From Stegostoma tigrinum (Eukaryota), in NCBI RefSeq assembly GCF_030684315.1, contig NC_081388.1, positions 23,419,015 to 23,483,014 of the forward strand: 64,000 nt of DNA, given 5' to 3'. The notes beneath the pieces are model-generated. The model was not told the origin of the DNA and ran no database searches. It worked only from the letters and a program-made list of their open reading frames with translations. Of the stretch, positions 24,229-35,703 are shown one piece after another. How positions within the stretch are numbered: the first letter of the stretch is position 1; each line of letters opens with the position of its first letter. The position numbers were made by a program, and so were the translations under genes.

Positions 24229-26091
24229 GTATAGAGCTGGACGGACACAGCAGGCCAAGCAGCATCAGAGGAGCAGGAAAGCTGATGTTTTGGGCCTAGA
24301 CCCTTCTTCAGGAATGGGGGAGGGGAAGGGGATTCTGAAATAAATAGGGAGGGGGTGGTCAGATAGAAGATGGATAGAGGAGAAGATAGCTGGAGAGGAG
24401 ACAGACAGGTCAAAGAGGCGGGGATGGAGCCAGTAAAGGTGAGTGTAGGTGGGGAGGTAGGGAGGGGATAGGTCAGTCCAGGGAGGTCAAGGTGGTGGGA
24501 AGAGGTTAGCGGGTAGGAGAGGAGGGTGGGGCTTGAGGTGGGAGGAAGGGATGGGTGAGAGGAAGAACAGGTTAGGGAGGCAGAGACAGGCTGGACTGGT
24601 TTTGTGATGCAGTGGGTGGAGGGGTCGAACTGGGCTGGTTTTGTGATGCGGTGGGGGAAGCGGAGATTTTGAAGCTGGTGAAGTCCATATTGATGCCATT
24701 GGGCTGCAGGGTTCCCAAGCGGAATATGAGCTGTTCCTGCAAACTTCGGGTGGCATCATTGTGGCTCTGCAGGAGGCCCAGGATGGACATGTCGTCTAAA
24801 GAATGGGAGGGGGAGTTGAAATGGTTCGCGACTGGGAGGTGCAGTTGTTTGTTGCGAACCGAGCAGAGGTGTTCTGCAAAGTGGTCCCCAAGCCTCCGCT
24901 TGGTTTCCATGTACAGGTGAACATCTGCTTGATGTGGGAAGTCATCTTGGGGCCTGGGATGGGTGTGAGGGAGGAGGTGTGGGGGCAAGTAAAGCACTTC
25001 CTGCGGTTGCAAGGGAAGGTGCCGGGTGTGATGGGGTTGGAGGGCAGTTTGGACCGGACAAGGGAGTCACGGAGAGAGTGGTCTCTCCAGAATGCAGACA
25101 AGGGTGGGGAAGGAAAAATGTCTTTGGTGGTGGAGTCGGATTGTAGATGGTGGAAGTGTTGGAGGATGATGCGTTGTATCCGGAGGTAGGTGGGGGGGTA
25201 TGTGAGGATGAGGGGGATTCTCTTTTGGTGGTTATTGCGGGGGCGGGCCATGAGGGATGAGGTGCAGAAAATGCGGGAGACTCTGTCAAGGGCGTTCTTG
25301 ACCACCGCGGAGGCGGGGAAGTTGCGGTTTCTGAAGAATGCAGACATCTGGGATGTGCAGGAGTGGAATGCCTCATCCTGGGAGCAGATGCGGCGCAGGC
25401 GCAGGAATTGGGAACAGGGGATGGAATTTTTGCAGGCGGGTGGATCGGAGGAGGTGTATTCTAGGTAGCTGTGGGAGTCTGTGGGCTTGAAATGGACATC
25501 AGTTTCTAGCTGGTTGCCTGAGATGGAGACAGAGAGGTCCAGGAAGGAGAGCGAGGTATTGGAGATGGTCCAGGTGAACTTGAGGTTGCGGTGGAAGGTG
25601 TTGGTGAAGTGGATGAACTGTTCGAGCTCCTCGTGGGAGCACGATGCGGGCCGATAAAGTCATCAATGTAACGGAGGAAGAGATGGGGGACAGGGCCAGT
25701 GTAGGCATGGAAGCGGGACTGTTCCACGTAACCTGCAAAGAGGCAGGCATAGCTTGGGCCCATGTGGGTACCCATGGCCACCCCCTTTGGCTATAGGAAG
25801 TGGGAGGAATCGAAAGAGAAGTTGTTGAGGGTGAGGACGAGGCGGATGAGGGTGTCGGTAGAGGGGGACTGGTCGGGTCTGCGGGACAGGAAGAAGCAGA
25901 GGGCCTTTAGGCCATCTGCATGAGGAATGCAGGTGGAGAGGGACTGGACGTCCATGGTGAAGATGAGGGTTCCATCTCTGGCAACCGAAACGTCAGCTTT
26001 CCTGCTCCACTGATGCTGCTTGGCCTGCTGTGTTCTTCCAGCTCTACACCTTGTTATCTCAGATTCTCCAGCATCTGCAGCTCCTACAACC
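24229..26091 (-). mobile_element. Penelope-like retroelement with inverted terminal repeat at its 5' end
   Basis: AMGTHMGPSYACLF, FLRYIDD, GIY-YIG remnant; terminal sequence at 24229-24311 recurs inverted at about 25985-26090. Confidence 0.92.
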
Positions 26092-27252
26092 TCAGTCTAA
26101 TGAAGATGTACATCAGGAAGTGCCGTTCCCATTTCAGTGCTTTCTCACTTACTTATATCATGCTCTGTTTCTACTCGCTTAGGAATTCTTTCATTTTCTC
26201 TCACTTCCTGAAATCTCTCCATCTGTCTACAAAAGTCCCCTCTATGATCAAGCTTCCAGCCACTTTTCCAAACATTCCCACAACGGGAATTCTTTCATTT
26301 TCTCTCACTTCCTAAAATCTCTCCATCTGTCCACAAAAGTCCCCCCCTCTATGATCAAGCTTCCAGCCACTTTTCCAAACATTCCCACAACGGCCAGCAA
26401 CTATTCATTTCTTCCCAGCAGTACATGGATTTTTTGCTCCCTACTGTGTAAGTGAATCTGTGGGAGGATGAGCTTTGGAATATGTTGGTAGTTAGAATGG
26501 AACAAAAGTGACCTGAGAAATGGTTTTGTCTGATCTTTCATCTCCGGTGTTTGAGAGGCCAAAACATCAGGTTTTCTTTTTCTCTTTGAAGTAGAGATTT
26601 ACACCCTGGGTTTTACAGTGAAGTTAAATAATTTAATGCACTATCTTTGAGATTTTTGACTCACTTTGGATTCTGATGCCCATGATCTTCTCTTCAGCTC
26701 CAAGGTGATTAACAGCTGAACATTTATATACTCCAGAATTTTTGGCTGTAGCATCAGAAATACGGAGAATCCCTGGAGGATTAATCACAATATTGCCTTG
26801 TTTGGGACTTTCCCACTTCACTGTTGGCTGTGGATTTCCTTTGCTGTCACATTGTAATGTAATACTGTCACCTTGGCTGAAATAGACTGGAGCCTCCAGT
26901 CTATTTTAGCCAAGGTGACAGTATTACATTACAATAACTTTTGTTATTTGCTAACAGAGCTGTAATTATTGGTTTATCTGAAAACGAAAACAATTTGAAA
27001 TTAGGAGAAAAGCCACTTTCAGTTAATTTTGTTAAGAAGCAATAATACCTCAATTTAATTTCAGCGCTTCAAATATGTGTGATCTGTGAAACAATCCCAT
27101 GCCCCGATTTCTGCCGTTGTGCAAAATTGCCCAGAACTGACTCTCTGCTTCTTTCTAATGAGAGTTTGCTGCAGATGTTTGGGCCACATGGAATGTAGGA
27201 TTGCAGTCTGGATCCTGTTAACATGCAAAATTCCACAATGATCCCACCAATG
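26092..27252. repeat. Near-identical duplicate of 50162-51392 (gene B membrane-proximal Ig exon and flanks)
   Basis: By-eye alignment: few substitutions, one 104-bp unit fewer, one palindromic insertion. Confidence 0.97.
26665..26977 (-). pseudogene. Pseudogene C, membrane-proximal Ig exon, frameshifted
   Basis: 313 nt versus 279 nt in gene B; the +34 nt inverted duplication gives NKSYCNVILSPWLK-stop. Confidence 0.9.
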
Positions 27253-27699
27253 TCCTCATGCCTCAATCTTTTTAGGATGAATTGACTAGTCAATCATCTG
27301 GAAGAAATGCAAAATTGAAACCTCATGTGCCCTTTGAGGTGGAAGTATGAGAAAGTAATTGACATTATTCAAGGCAGAGCATGGGAGTTCTTGTAATGTT
27401 CTGCTCAATATTCATCCCATAGCCAAACATCTCTATAATCATTTTCTGAAGAAGGGCCTCGACCCAAAAAAATCAACTTTCCTGCTCCTCTGATGCTGCT
27501 TGACCTGCTGTGTTCATCCAGCTCGACACCGTGTTATCTCTATAATGCATCATTTGGCTATTTACCTTAATGCTGTGCTGTGGAATAGCTCCCATCTTTT
27601 GATACAACGCGCACTTGATTGAAGAGATTAACCAGCTGCAAAGAGTTTTGAGATGTTCTCAGTTTGAGGAAGTTGCAAGACAAATCTAAGATCCGTATC

Positions 27700-28045
27700 A
27701 CATTCTGACAATGTGCCTGGACAGCTCCATCCAAAAACTATGTCTGACTTGCATTCGCCCCATTGTCCGCATGAACAATGTGACAACTTGTCTCTGCCTC
27801 TCCCTTAATGCTAACCTTCCAACACATGCCGATGACAGATGGGAAGAGTGGTCAGCTGTGTACTGAGAGGAAATGGGAGCCACTGCTATCACTCTCCTTT
27901 GCTGTAAACACAATGTGCCTGTGAAAGGGTCTCCGAAGCTCTCTGTGTTCTGTAACTCTGATACTTCTCCTTCTATGTGTGATTTGGACATTTGATGTGC
28001 TCTCCTCAGCCCTTTCCCAAACCAGGCAAGCCTGGCAATTCGCAG
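27700..28045 (-). mobile_element. Degenerate RTE-like LINE 3' end
   Basis: Remnant C-terminal motif (MGRMQVRHSFWMELSRH, resembling CGR.C.SRIGL.SH). Confidence 0.45.
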
Positions 28046-28147
28046 TACTCAATCAGGCTGGCTCTTGGATTTACATTTCTCCTTAAATTGTGCAAATTTT
28101 CTTATAATGGTGCCACTGGCTAATTGGATCCCTGGGATGCAATAAGC

Positions 28148-30870
28148 AACGACACCTTTATCAACGACATCTTCATTAACAACATCTTGATCAACGACAC
28201 CTTTATCAGCGAAATCTTTATCAATGACATTTTTATCAACGACACCTTTATCAGCGACACCTTTATCAGCGACATCTTTATCAACGACACCTTTATCAGT
28301 GACACCTTTATCAGCAACACCTTTATTAGCGACATCTTTATCAACGACACCTTTATCAGTGACACCTTTATCAGCAACACCTTTATTATCGACATCTTTA
28401 TCAACGACACCTATATCAATGACATCTTTATCAGCGACACCTTTATCAACAACACCTTTGTCAACGACATCTTTATCTACGACACCTTTATCAACGACAT
28501 CTTTATCAGTGACACCTTTATCAGCGACAACTTTATCAACGACATCTTTATCAACGACACCTTTATCAGCGACACCTTTATCAGCGACATCTTTATCAAC
28601 GACATCTTTATCAACGACATCTTTATCAACGACACATTTATGAGCGATATCTTTATCAACGACATCTTTATCAACGACATCTTTATCAACGACACCTTTA
28701 TCAGCGACATCTTTATCAACGACATCTTTACCAATGACATCTTTATGAATGACACCTTTATGAGCAATATCTTTATAAATGACATCTTTATCAACGACAT
28801 CTTTATCAGCGACACCTTTATCAACGACATCTTTATCAACGACACCTTTATCAACGACATCTTTATCAGCGACATCTTTATCAATGACTCCTTTATCAGC
28901 GACATCTTTATCAGCGACATCTTTATCAACGACATCTTTATCAATGACATCTTTATCAGCGACACCTTTTTCAGCGACAACTTTATCAGTGACACCTTTA
29001 TCAACAACACCTTTGTCAACGACATCTTTATCTACGACACCTTTATCAGCGACATCTTTATCAGCGACACCTTTATCAGCGACAACTTTATCAACGACAT
29101 CTTTATCAACGACACCTTTATCAGCGACATCTTTATCAACGACATCTTTATCAACGACATCTTTATCAACGACACATTTATGGGCGATATCTTTATCAAC
29201 GACATCTTTATCAACGACACCTTTATCAGTGACATCTTTATCAACGACATCTTTATCAATGACACCTTTATCAATGACACCTTTATCAGCGACACCTTTA
29301 TCAGCGACATCTTTATCAATGACACCTTTATGAGCAATATCTTTATCAACGACATCTTTATCAGTGACACCTTTATCAACGACATCTTTATCAACGACAC
29401 CTTTATCAGCGACATCTTTATCAGCGACACCTTTATCAACGACATCTTTATCAATGACATCTTTATCAGCGACACCTTTATCAGCGACACCTTTATCAGC
29501 GACAACTTTGTCAGTGACATCTTTATCAGCGACACCTTTATCAACGACACCTTTATCAACGACATCTTTATCAACGACACCTTTATCAACGACACCTTTA
29601 TCAACGACATCTTTATCAACGACACCTTTATCAATGACACCTTTATCAGTGACATCTTTATCAGCGACATCTTTATCAGTGACGTCTTTATCAGTGACGT
29701 CTTTATCAGCGACACCTTTATCAACGACATCATTATCAACGACACCTTTATCAATGACACCTTTATCAGCGACACCTTTATCAGCGACATCTTTAGCAGC
29801 GACATCGTTATCAGTGACATCTTTATCAGTGACGTCTTTATCAGCGACACCTTTATCAACGACACCTTTATCAATGACATCTTTATCAATGACACCTTTA
29901 TCAGCGACATCTTTATCAGCGATATCTTTATCAACGACACCTTTATCAGTGACACCTTTATCAACGACACCTTTATCAACGACATCTTTATCAACGACAC
30001 CTTTATCAATGACACCTTTATCAGCGACATCTTTATCAGCGACATCTTTATCAGCGACGTCTTTATCAGTGACGTCTTTATCAGCGACACCTTTATCAAC
30101 GACATCATTATCAACGACACCTTTATCAATGACACCTTTATCAGCGACACCTTTATCAGCGACATCTTTAGCAGCAACATCGTTATCAGTGACATCTTTA
30201 TCAGTGACGTCTTTATCAGCGACACCTTTATCAACGACATCTTTATCAGTGACACCTTTATCAGCGACACCTTTATCAACGACATCTTTATCAACAACAT
30301 CTTTATCAACGACACCTTTATGAGCGATATCTTTATCAACGACATCTTTATCAACGACATCTTTATCAGCGACACCTTTATCAACGACACCTTTATCAAC
30401 GACATCTTTATCACTGACAACTTTATCAACGACATCTTTATCAGTGACGTCTTTATCAGTGACGTCTTTATCAGCGACACCTTTATCAGCGACGTCTTTA
30501 TCAACGACATCTTTATCAGCGACACCTTTATCAGCGACACCTTTATCAGCGACACCTTTATCAATGACATCTTTGTCAACGACATCTTTATCAGCGACAT
30601 CTTTATCAGCGACACCTTTATCAATGACTCCTTTATCAGCGACATTTTTATCAACGACATCTTTATCAGCGACATCTTTATCAGCGACACCTTTATCAAC
30701 GACATCTTTATCAGCGACAACTTTATCAGCGACACCTTTATCAGCGACAGCTTTATCAACGACATCTTTATCAATGACACCTTTATCAGCGACACCTTTA
30801 TCAACGACATCTTTATCAACGACACCTTTATCAGCGACACCTTTATCAACGACACCTTTATCAGCGACAT
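28148..30870. repeat. 15-bp minisatellite, left part, about 181 copies
   Basis: Unit ctttatca(a/g)(c/t)gaca(c/t), constant register. Confidence 0.99.
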
Positions 30871-30964
30871 AGAACATAGAACATAGAACATAGAACAGTA
30901 CAGCACAGAACAGGCCCTTCAGCCCACAATGTTGTGCCGACCATTGATCCTCATGTATGCGCCC

Positions 30965-33862
30965 TCAAATTTCTGTGACCATATACATGTCCAGCAGTCT
31001 CTTAAATGACCCCAATGACCTTGCTTCCACAACTACTGCTGGCAACACATTCCATGCTCTCACAACTCTCTGCGTAAAGAACCTGCCTCTGACATCCCCT
31101 CTATACTTTCCACTAACCAGCTTAAAACTATGACCCCTCGTGCTAGCCATTTCAGCCCTGGGAAATAGTCTCTGGCTATCAACTCTATCTATGCCTCTCA
31201 TTATCTTGTATACCTCAATTAGGTCCCCTCTCCTCCTCCTTTTCTCCAATGAAAAGAGACCGAGCTCAGTCAACCTCTCTTCATAAGATAAGCCCTCCAG
31301 TCCAGGCAGCATCCTGGTAAACCTCCTCTGAACCCTCTCCAAAGCATCCACATCTTTCCTATAATAGGGTGCCCAGAACTGGACGCAGTATTCCAAGTGC
31401 GGTCTAACCAAAGTTTTATAGAGCTGCAACAAGATCTCACGACTCTTAAACTCAATCTCCCTGTTAATGAAAGCCAAAACACCATATGCTTTCTTAACAA
31501 CCCTGTCCACTTGTGTGGCCATTTTAAGGGATCTATGTATCTGCACACCAAGATCCCTCTGTTCCTCCACGCTGCCAAGAATCCTATCCTTAATCCTGTA
31601 CTCAGCTTTCAAATTCAACCTTCCAAAATGCATCACCTCGCATTTATCCAGGTTGAACTCCATCTGCCACCTCTCAGCCCATCTCTGCATCCTGTCAATG
31701 TCCCGCTGCAGCCTACAACAGCCCTCTTCACTGTCAACGACACCTCCGACCTTTGTGTCGTCTGCAAACTTGCTGACCCATCCTTCAATTCCCTCGTCCA
31801 AGTCATTAATTAAAATTACAAACAGTAGAGGCCCAAGGACAGAGCCCTGTGGAACACCACTCACCACTGACTTCCAGGCAGAATATTTTCCTTCTACTAC
31901 CACTCGCTGTCTTCTGTTGGCCAGCCAATTCTGTATCCAAGCAGCTAAGTTCCCCTGTATCCCATTCCTCCTGACCTTCTGAATGAGCCTACCATGGGGA
32001 ACCTTATCAAATGCCTTACTGAAGTCCATATACACCACATCCACAGCTCGACCCTCATCAACTTTTCTAGTCACATCCTCAAAAAACTCGATAAGGTTTG
32101 TAAGGCATGACCTCCCCCTCACAAAGCCGTGTTGACTGTATTTGATCAAGCCATGCTCTTCCAGATGGTCATAAATCTTATCCCTCAGAATCCTTTCTAA
32201 CACCTTGCAGACGACAGACGTGAGACTTACCGGTCTATAATTGCCGGGGATTTCCCTATTTCCTTTCTTGAAGAGAGGAATTACATTTGCCTCTCTCCAG
32301 TCCTCAGGTACGACTCCAGTGGAGAGCGAGGATGCAAAGATCTTCGCAAGTGGCGAAGCAATTGCATTTCTCGCTTCCCAAAGCAGCCGAGGACAAATCT
32401 GGTCCGGGCCTGGCGACTTGTCAATCTTAATGTTTGACAAAATTTTCAGCACATCAGCTTCCTCTATCTCTATCCATTCCAGCATGCACACCTGCTCTTC
32501 AAAGGTTTCATTCACTACAAAGTTCGTTTCTTTCGTAAAGACAGAAGCAAAAAACTCATTTAGGGCTTCCCCTACCTCCTCAGGCTCCACACACAAGTTC
32601 CCTATGCAATCCCTGATCGGCCCTACTCTTTCTTTGACCATTCTCTTATTCCTCACGTAAGTGTAAAATGCCTTTGTGTTTTCCCGGATTCCTTCTGCCA
32701 AGCCTTTCTCGTGCCCCCTCCTGGCTCTCCTCAGACCATTTTTGAGCTCCTTCCTTGCCTGCATGTAATCCTCTCTAGCTGAACTTGACCCTAGCTTCCT
32801 CCACCTTATGTAAGCTACCTTCTTCCTTTTCACAAGAAGCTCCACCGCTGTCGTCATCCAAGGTTCCTTTATCTTACCCCTTCTTGCCTGTCTCAGAGGG
32901 ACATATTTATTCATCACTCGCAACAACTGTTCCTTAAACAGTCTCCACATGTCTATAGTGCCTTTACCATGGAACAACTGCTCCCAGTCCATGCTTCCTA
33001 ACTCACGTCTAATCGCATCATAGTTTCCTCTTCCCCAATTAAATATCCTCCCATTTTGCCTAATCCTCTCCTTCTCCATAGCTATGGAGAATGTGAGGCA
33101 GTTATGGTCACTATCACCAAAATGCTCTCCCACCACAAGATCTGATAACTGCCCCGGCTCGTTTCCGAGCACCAAGTCTAGAATGGCCTCTCCCCTCGTT
33201 GGCCTGTCAACGTACTGCGTTAGGAAACCCTCCTGAACACACCTTACAAAAACAGCTCCATTCAAATCTTCTGCTCGAAGGAGGTTCCAATCAATATTAG
33301 GAAAATTAAAGTCACCCATTACAACAACCCTACTGCGTCCACACTTTTCCAAGATCTGTCGACCTATGCTTTCTTCAATCTCCCTGCTGCTATTGGGGGG
33401 CCTGTAGTAAACCCCTAATGAGGTGACTACTCCCTTGCTGTTCCTAATTTCCACCCATACTGGCTCGGTAGGCAGTTCTTCCTCGACAATGGAAGCTTCT
33501 GTAGCTGTGATACCCTCTCTGATTAGTAGTGCTACACCCCCTCCTCTTTCTCCCCCCTCACTATTCTTTTTAAATGCCCTAAACCCTGGAACATCCAGCA
33601 ACCATTCCTGCCCATGAGAAACCCATGTCTCTGTTATGGCCACAACATCATAGCACCAGGTACTGATCCATGCTCTAAGTTCATCACTTTTATTCCTGAT
33701 ACTCCTTGCGTTAAAGCAAACACACTTTAACCGATCCCTTGGTTCCTTCCCAGGAAAATCCTTCCCACTAGCTGGTCTACCTCTTGCTATTGCCTCACCT
33801 GCATCAACTCTCACCTCCGGTATACAGCTCAGGTTCCCACCCCCCTGCCATGCTAGTTTAAA
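30965..33862 (-). CDS. CR1 ORF2: apurinic-like endonuclease plus reverse transcriptase
   Basis: FNARS, ITETW, GGGVAL, YRPP, GDFN, SDH; [33 protein letters not shown]. The track start at 33973 is TTG; the first ATG lies inside the endonuclease domain. Confidence 0.95.
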   Translation of the reverse strand, partial: FKLAWQGGGNLSCIPEVRVDAGEAIARGRPASGKDFPGKEPRDRLKCVCFNARSIRNKSDELRAWISTWCYDVVAITETWVSHGQEWLLDVPGFRAFKKNSEGGERGGGVALLIREGITATEASIVEEELPTEPVWVEIRNSKGVVTSLGVYYRPPNSSREIEESIGRQILEKCGRSRVVVMGDFNFPNIDWNLLRAEDLNGAVFVRCVQEGFLTQYVDRPTRGEAILDLVLGNEPGQLSDLVVGEHFGDSDHNCLTFSIAMEKERIRQNGRIFNWGRGNYDAIRRELGSMDWEQLFHGKGTIDMWRLFKEQLLRVMNKYVPLRQARRGKIKEPWMTTAVELLVKRKKVAYIRWRKLGSSSAREDYMQARKELKNGLRRARRGHEKGLAEGIRENTKAFYTYVRNKRMVKERVGPIRDCIGNLCVEPEEVGEALNEFFASVFTKETNFVVNETFEEQVCMLEWIEIEEADVLKILSNIKIDKSPGPDQICPRLLWEARNAIASPLAKIFASSLSTGVVPEDWREANVIPLFKKGNREIPGNYRPVSLTSVVCKVLERILRDKIYDHLEEHGLIKYSQHGFVRGRSCLTNLIEFFEDVTRKVDEGRAVDVVYMDFSKAFDKVPHGRLIQKVRRNGIQGNLAAWIQNWLANRRQRVVVEGKYSAWKSVVSGVPQGSVLGPLLFVILINDLDEGIEGWVSKFADDTKVGGVVDSEEGCCRLQRDIDRMQRWAERWQMEFNLDKCEVMHFGRLNLKAEYRIKDRILGSVEEQRDLGVQIHRSLKMATQVDRVVKKAYGVLAFINREIEFKSREILLQLYKTLVRPHLEYCVQFWAPYYRKDVDALERVQRRFTRMLPGLEGLSYEERLTELGLFSLEKRRRRGDLIEVYKIMRGIDRVDSQRLFPRAEMASTRGHSFKLVSGKYRGDVRGRFFTQRVVRAWNVLPAVVVEARSLGSFKRLLDMYMVTEI

Positions 33863-34323
33863 CCCTCTCGAACGACTCGAGCAAACCTTCCACCCAGGAC
33901 ATTGGTCCCCTTCCAGTTCAGATGCAACCCGTCCTTCTTGTACAGGTCCCACCTTCCCCAGAAGGCATCCCAATTATCTACATATCTGAAGCCCTCCCTC
34001 CTACACCAGCTGCGCAGCCACGTGTTAAGCTGTGCGCGCTCCCTGTTCCTCACCTCGCTATCTCGTGGCACCGGTAGTAAACTAGAGAACACTACTCTGT
34101 TCGTCCTGCTCTGCAGCTTCCATCCTAACTCCCTGAAATCACTTTTTATATCCTCAATCCTTTTTCTGGCTATATCATTTGTGCCAATATGTAACACAAT
34201 TTCTGGCTGTTCGCCCTCCCCTTTTAGAACCTTATACACCCGATCGGAGACGTCCCGGACCCTGGCACCAGGGAGGCAACATACCTTCCGGGATTCCCGA
34301 TCTTGACCACAAAATCTCCCATC
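33853..34323 (-). CDS. CR1 ORF1 C-terminal fragment, SGNH/GDSL esterase domain
   Basis: DGRFCGQDRESRKVCCLPGARVRDV, LHIGTND (block III), DGLHLN (block V); the GDS block is lost by truncation. Confidence 0.9.
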   Translation of the reverse strand, partial: DGRFCGQDRESRKVCCLPGARVRDVSDRVYKVLKGEGEQPEIVLHIGTNDIARKRIEDIKSDFRELGWKLQSRTNRVVFSSLLPVPRDSEVRNRERAQLNTWLRSWCRREGFRYVDNWDAFWGRWDLYKKDGLHLNWKGTNVLGGRFARVVREGLN

Positions 34324-35703
34324 TTTATCAGCGACCTCTTTATCAACGACACCTTCATCAGCGACACCTTTATCAGCGACACCTTTATCAGCGACATCTT
34401 TATCAACGACATCTTTATCAACGACACCTTTATCAGCAACATCTTTATCAGCGACATCTTTATCAACGACACCTTTATCAGCGACACCTTTATTAGCGAC
34501 ACCTTTATCAACGACATCTTTATCAACGACATCTTTATCAGCGACATCTTTATCAGCGACACCTTTATCAATGACTCCCTTATCAGCGACATCTTTATCA
34601 ACGACACCTTTATCAGCGACACCTTTATCAGTGACACCTTTATCAACGACATCTTTATCAACGACATCTTTATCAGCGACATCTTTATCAGCGACACCTT
34701 TATCAATGACTCCTTTATCAGCGACATCTTTATCAGCGACATCTTTATCAACGACACCTTTATCAGCGACACCTTTATCAGCGACACCTTTATCAGCGAC
34801 AACTTTATCAGTGACATCTTTATCAGTGACACCTTTATCAGTGACATCTTTATCAACGACATCTTTATCAATGACACCTTTATCAGCGACACCTTTATCA
34901 GCGACATCTTTGTCAACGACACCTTTATCAACGACACCTTTATCAACAGCACCTTTATCAGCGACAACTTTATCAACGACATCTTTATCAACAGCACCTT
35001 TATCAGCGACAACTTTATCAGTGACATCTTTATCAGCGACACCTTTATCAATGACACCTTTATCAGTGACATCGTTATCAACAACATCTTTATCAATGAC
35101 ACCTTTATCAGCGACACCTTTATCAACGACACCTTTATCAGCGACACCTTTATCAACAACATCTTTATCAACGACATCCTTATCAGCGACATCTTTATCA
35201 GCGACATCTTTGTCAACGACATCTTTATCAACGACACCTTTATCAACGACACCTTTATCAACAGCACCTTTATCAGTGACATCTTTATCAATGACACCTT
35301 TATCAGCAACACCTTTATCAGCGACATCTTTATCAACAACATCCTTATCAGCGTCATCTTTATCAGGGACACCTTTATCAACGACACCTTTATCAGCGAC
35401 ACCTTTATCAACGACATCTTTATCAACGACACCTTTATCAACGACACCTTTATCAACAGCACCTTTATCAGCGACATCTTTATCAACGACACCTTTATCA
35501 GCGACACCTTTATCAGCGACATCTTTATCAACGACATCCTTATCAGCGACATCTTTATCAGCGACATCTTTGTCAACGACATCTTTATCAACGACATCTT
35601 TATCAGCGACACCTTTATCAGCGATATCTTTATCAACGACATCTTTATCAATGACACCTTTATCAGTGATATCTTTATCAACGACATCTTTATCAATGAC
35701 ATC
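34321..35703. repeat. 15-bp minisatellite, right part, about 92 copies
   Basis: Same unit as 28148-30870. Confidence 0.99.

Larger units (their letters stand above)
30868..34323 (-). mobile_element. Young CR1 LINE, 5'-truncated within ORF1, with intact ORF2 and (TTCTATG)4 tail
   Basis: Esterase ORF1 3' half, uninterrupted APE-RT ORF2, short 3' UTR, catagaa x4 at about 30868-30897. Confidence 0.97.

Noticed and set aside
28224-30872. Mucin-like Ser/Thr/Pro frames (TTPLSATSLS) as a MAdCAM-type stalk
   Set aside because: They are on the plus strand, antisense to the Ig genes, and interrupted by stops
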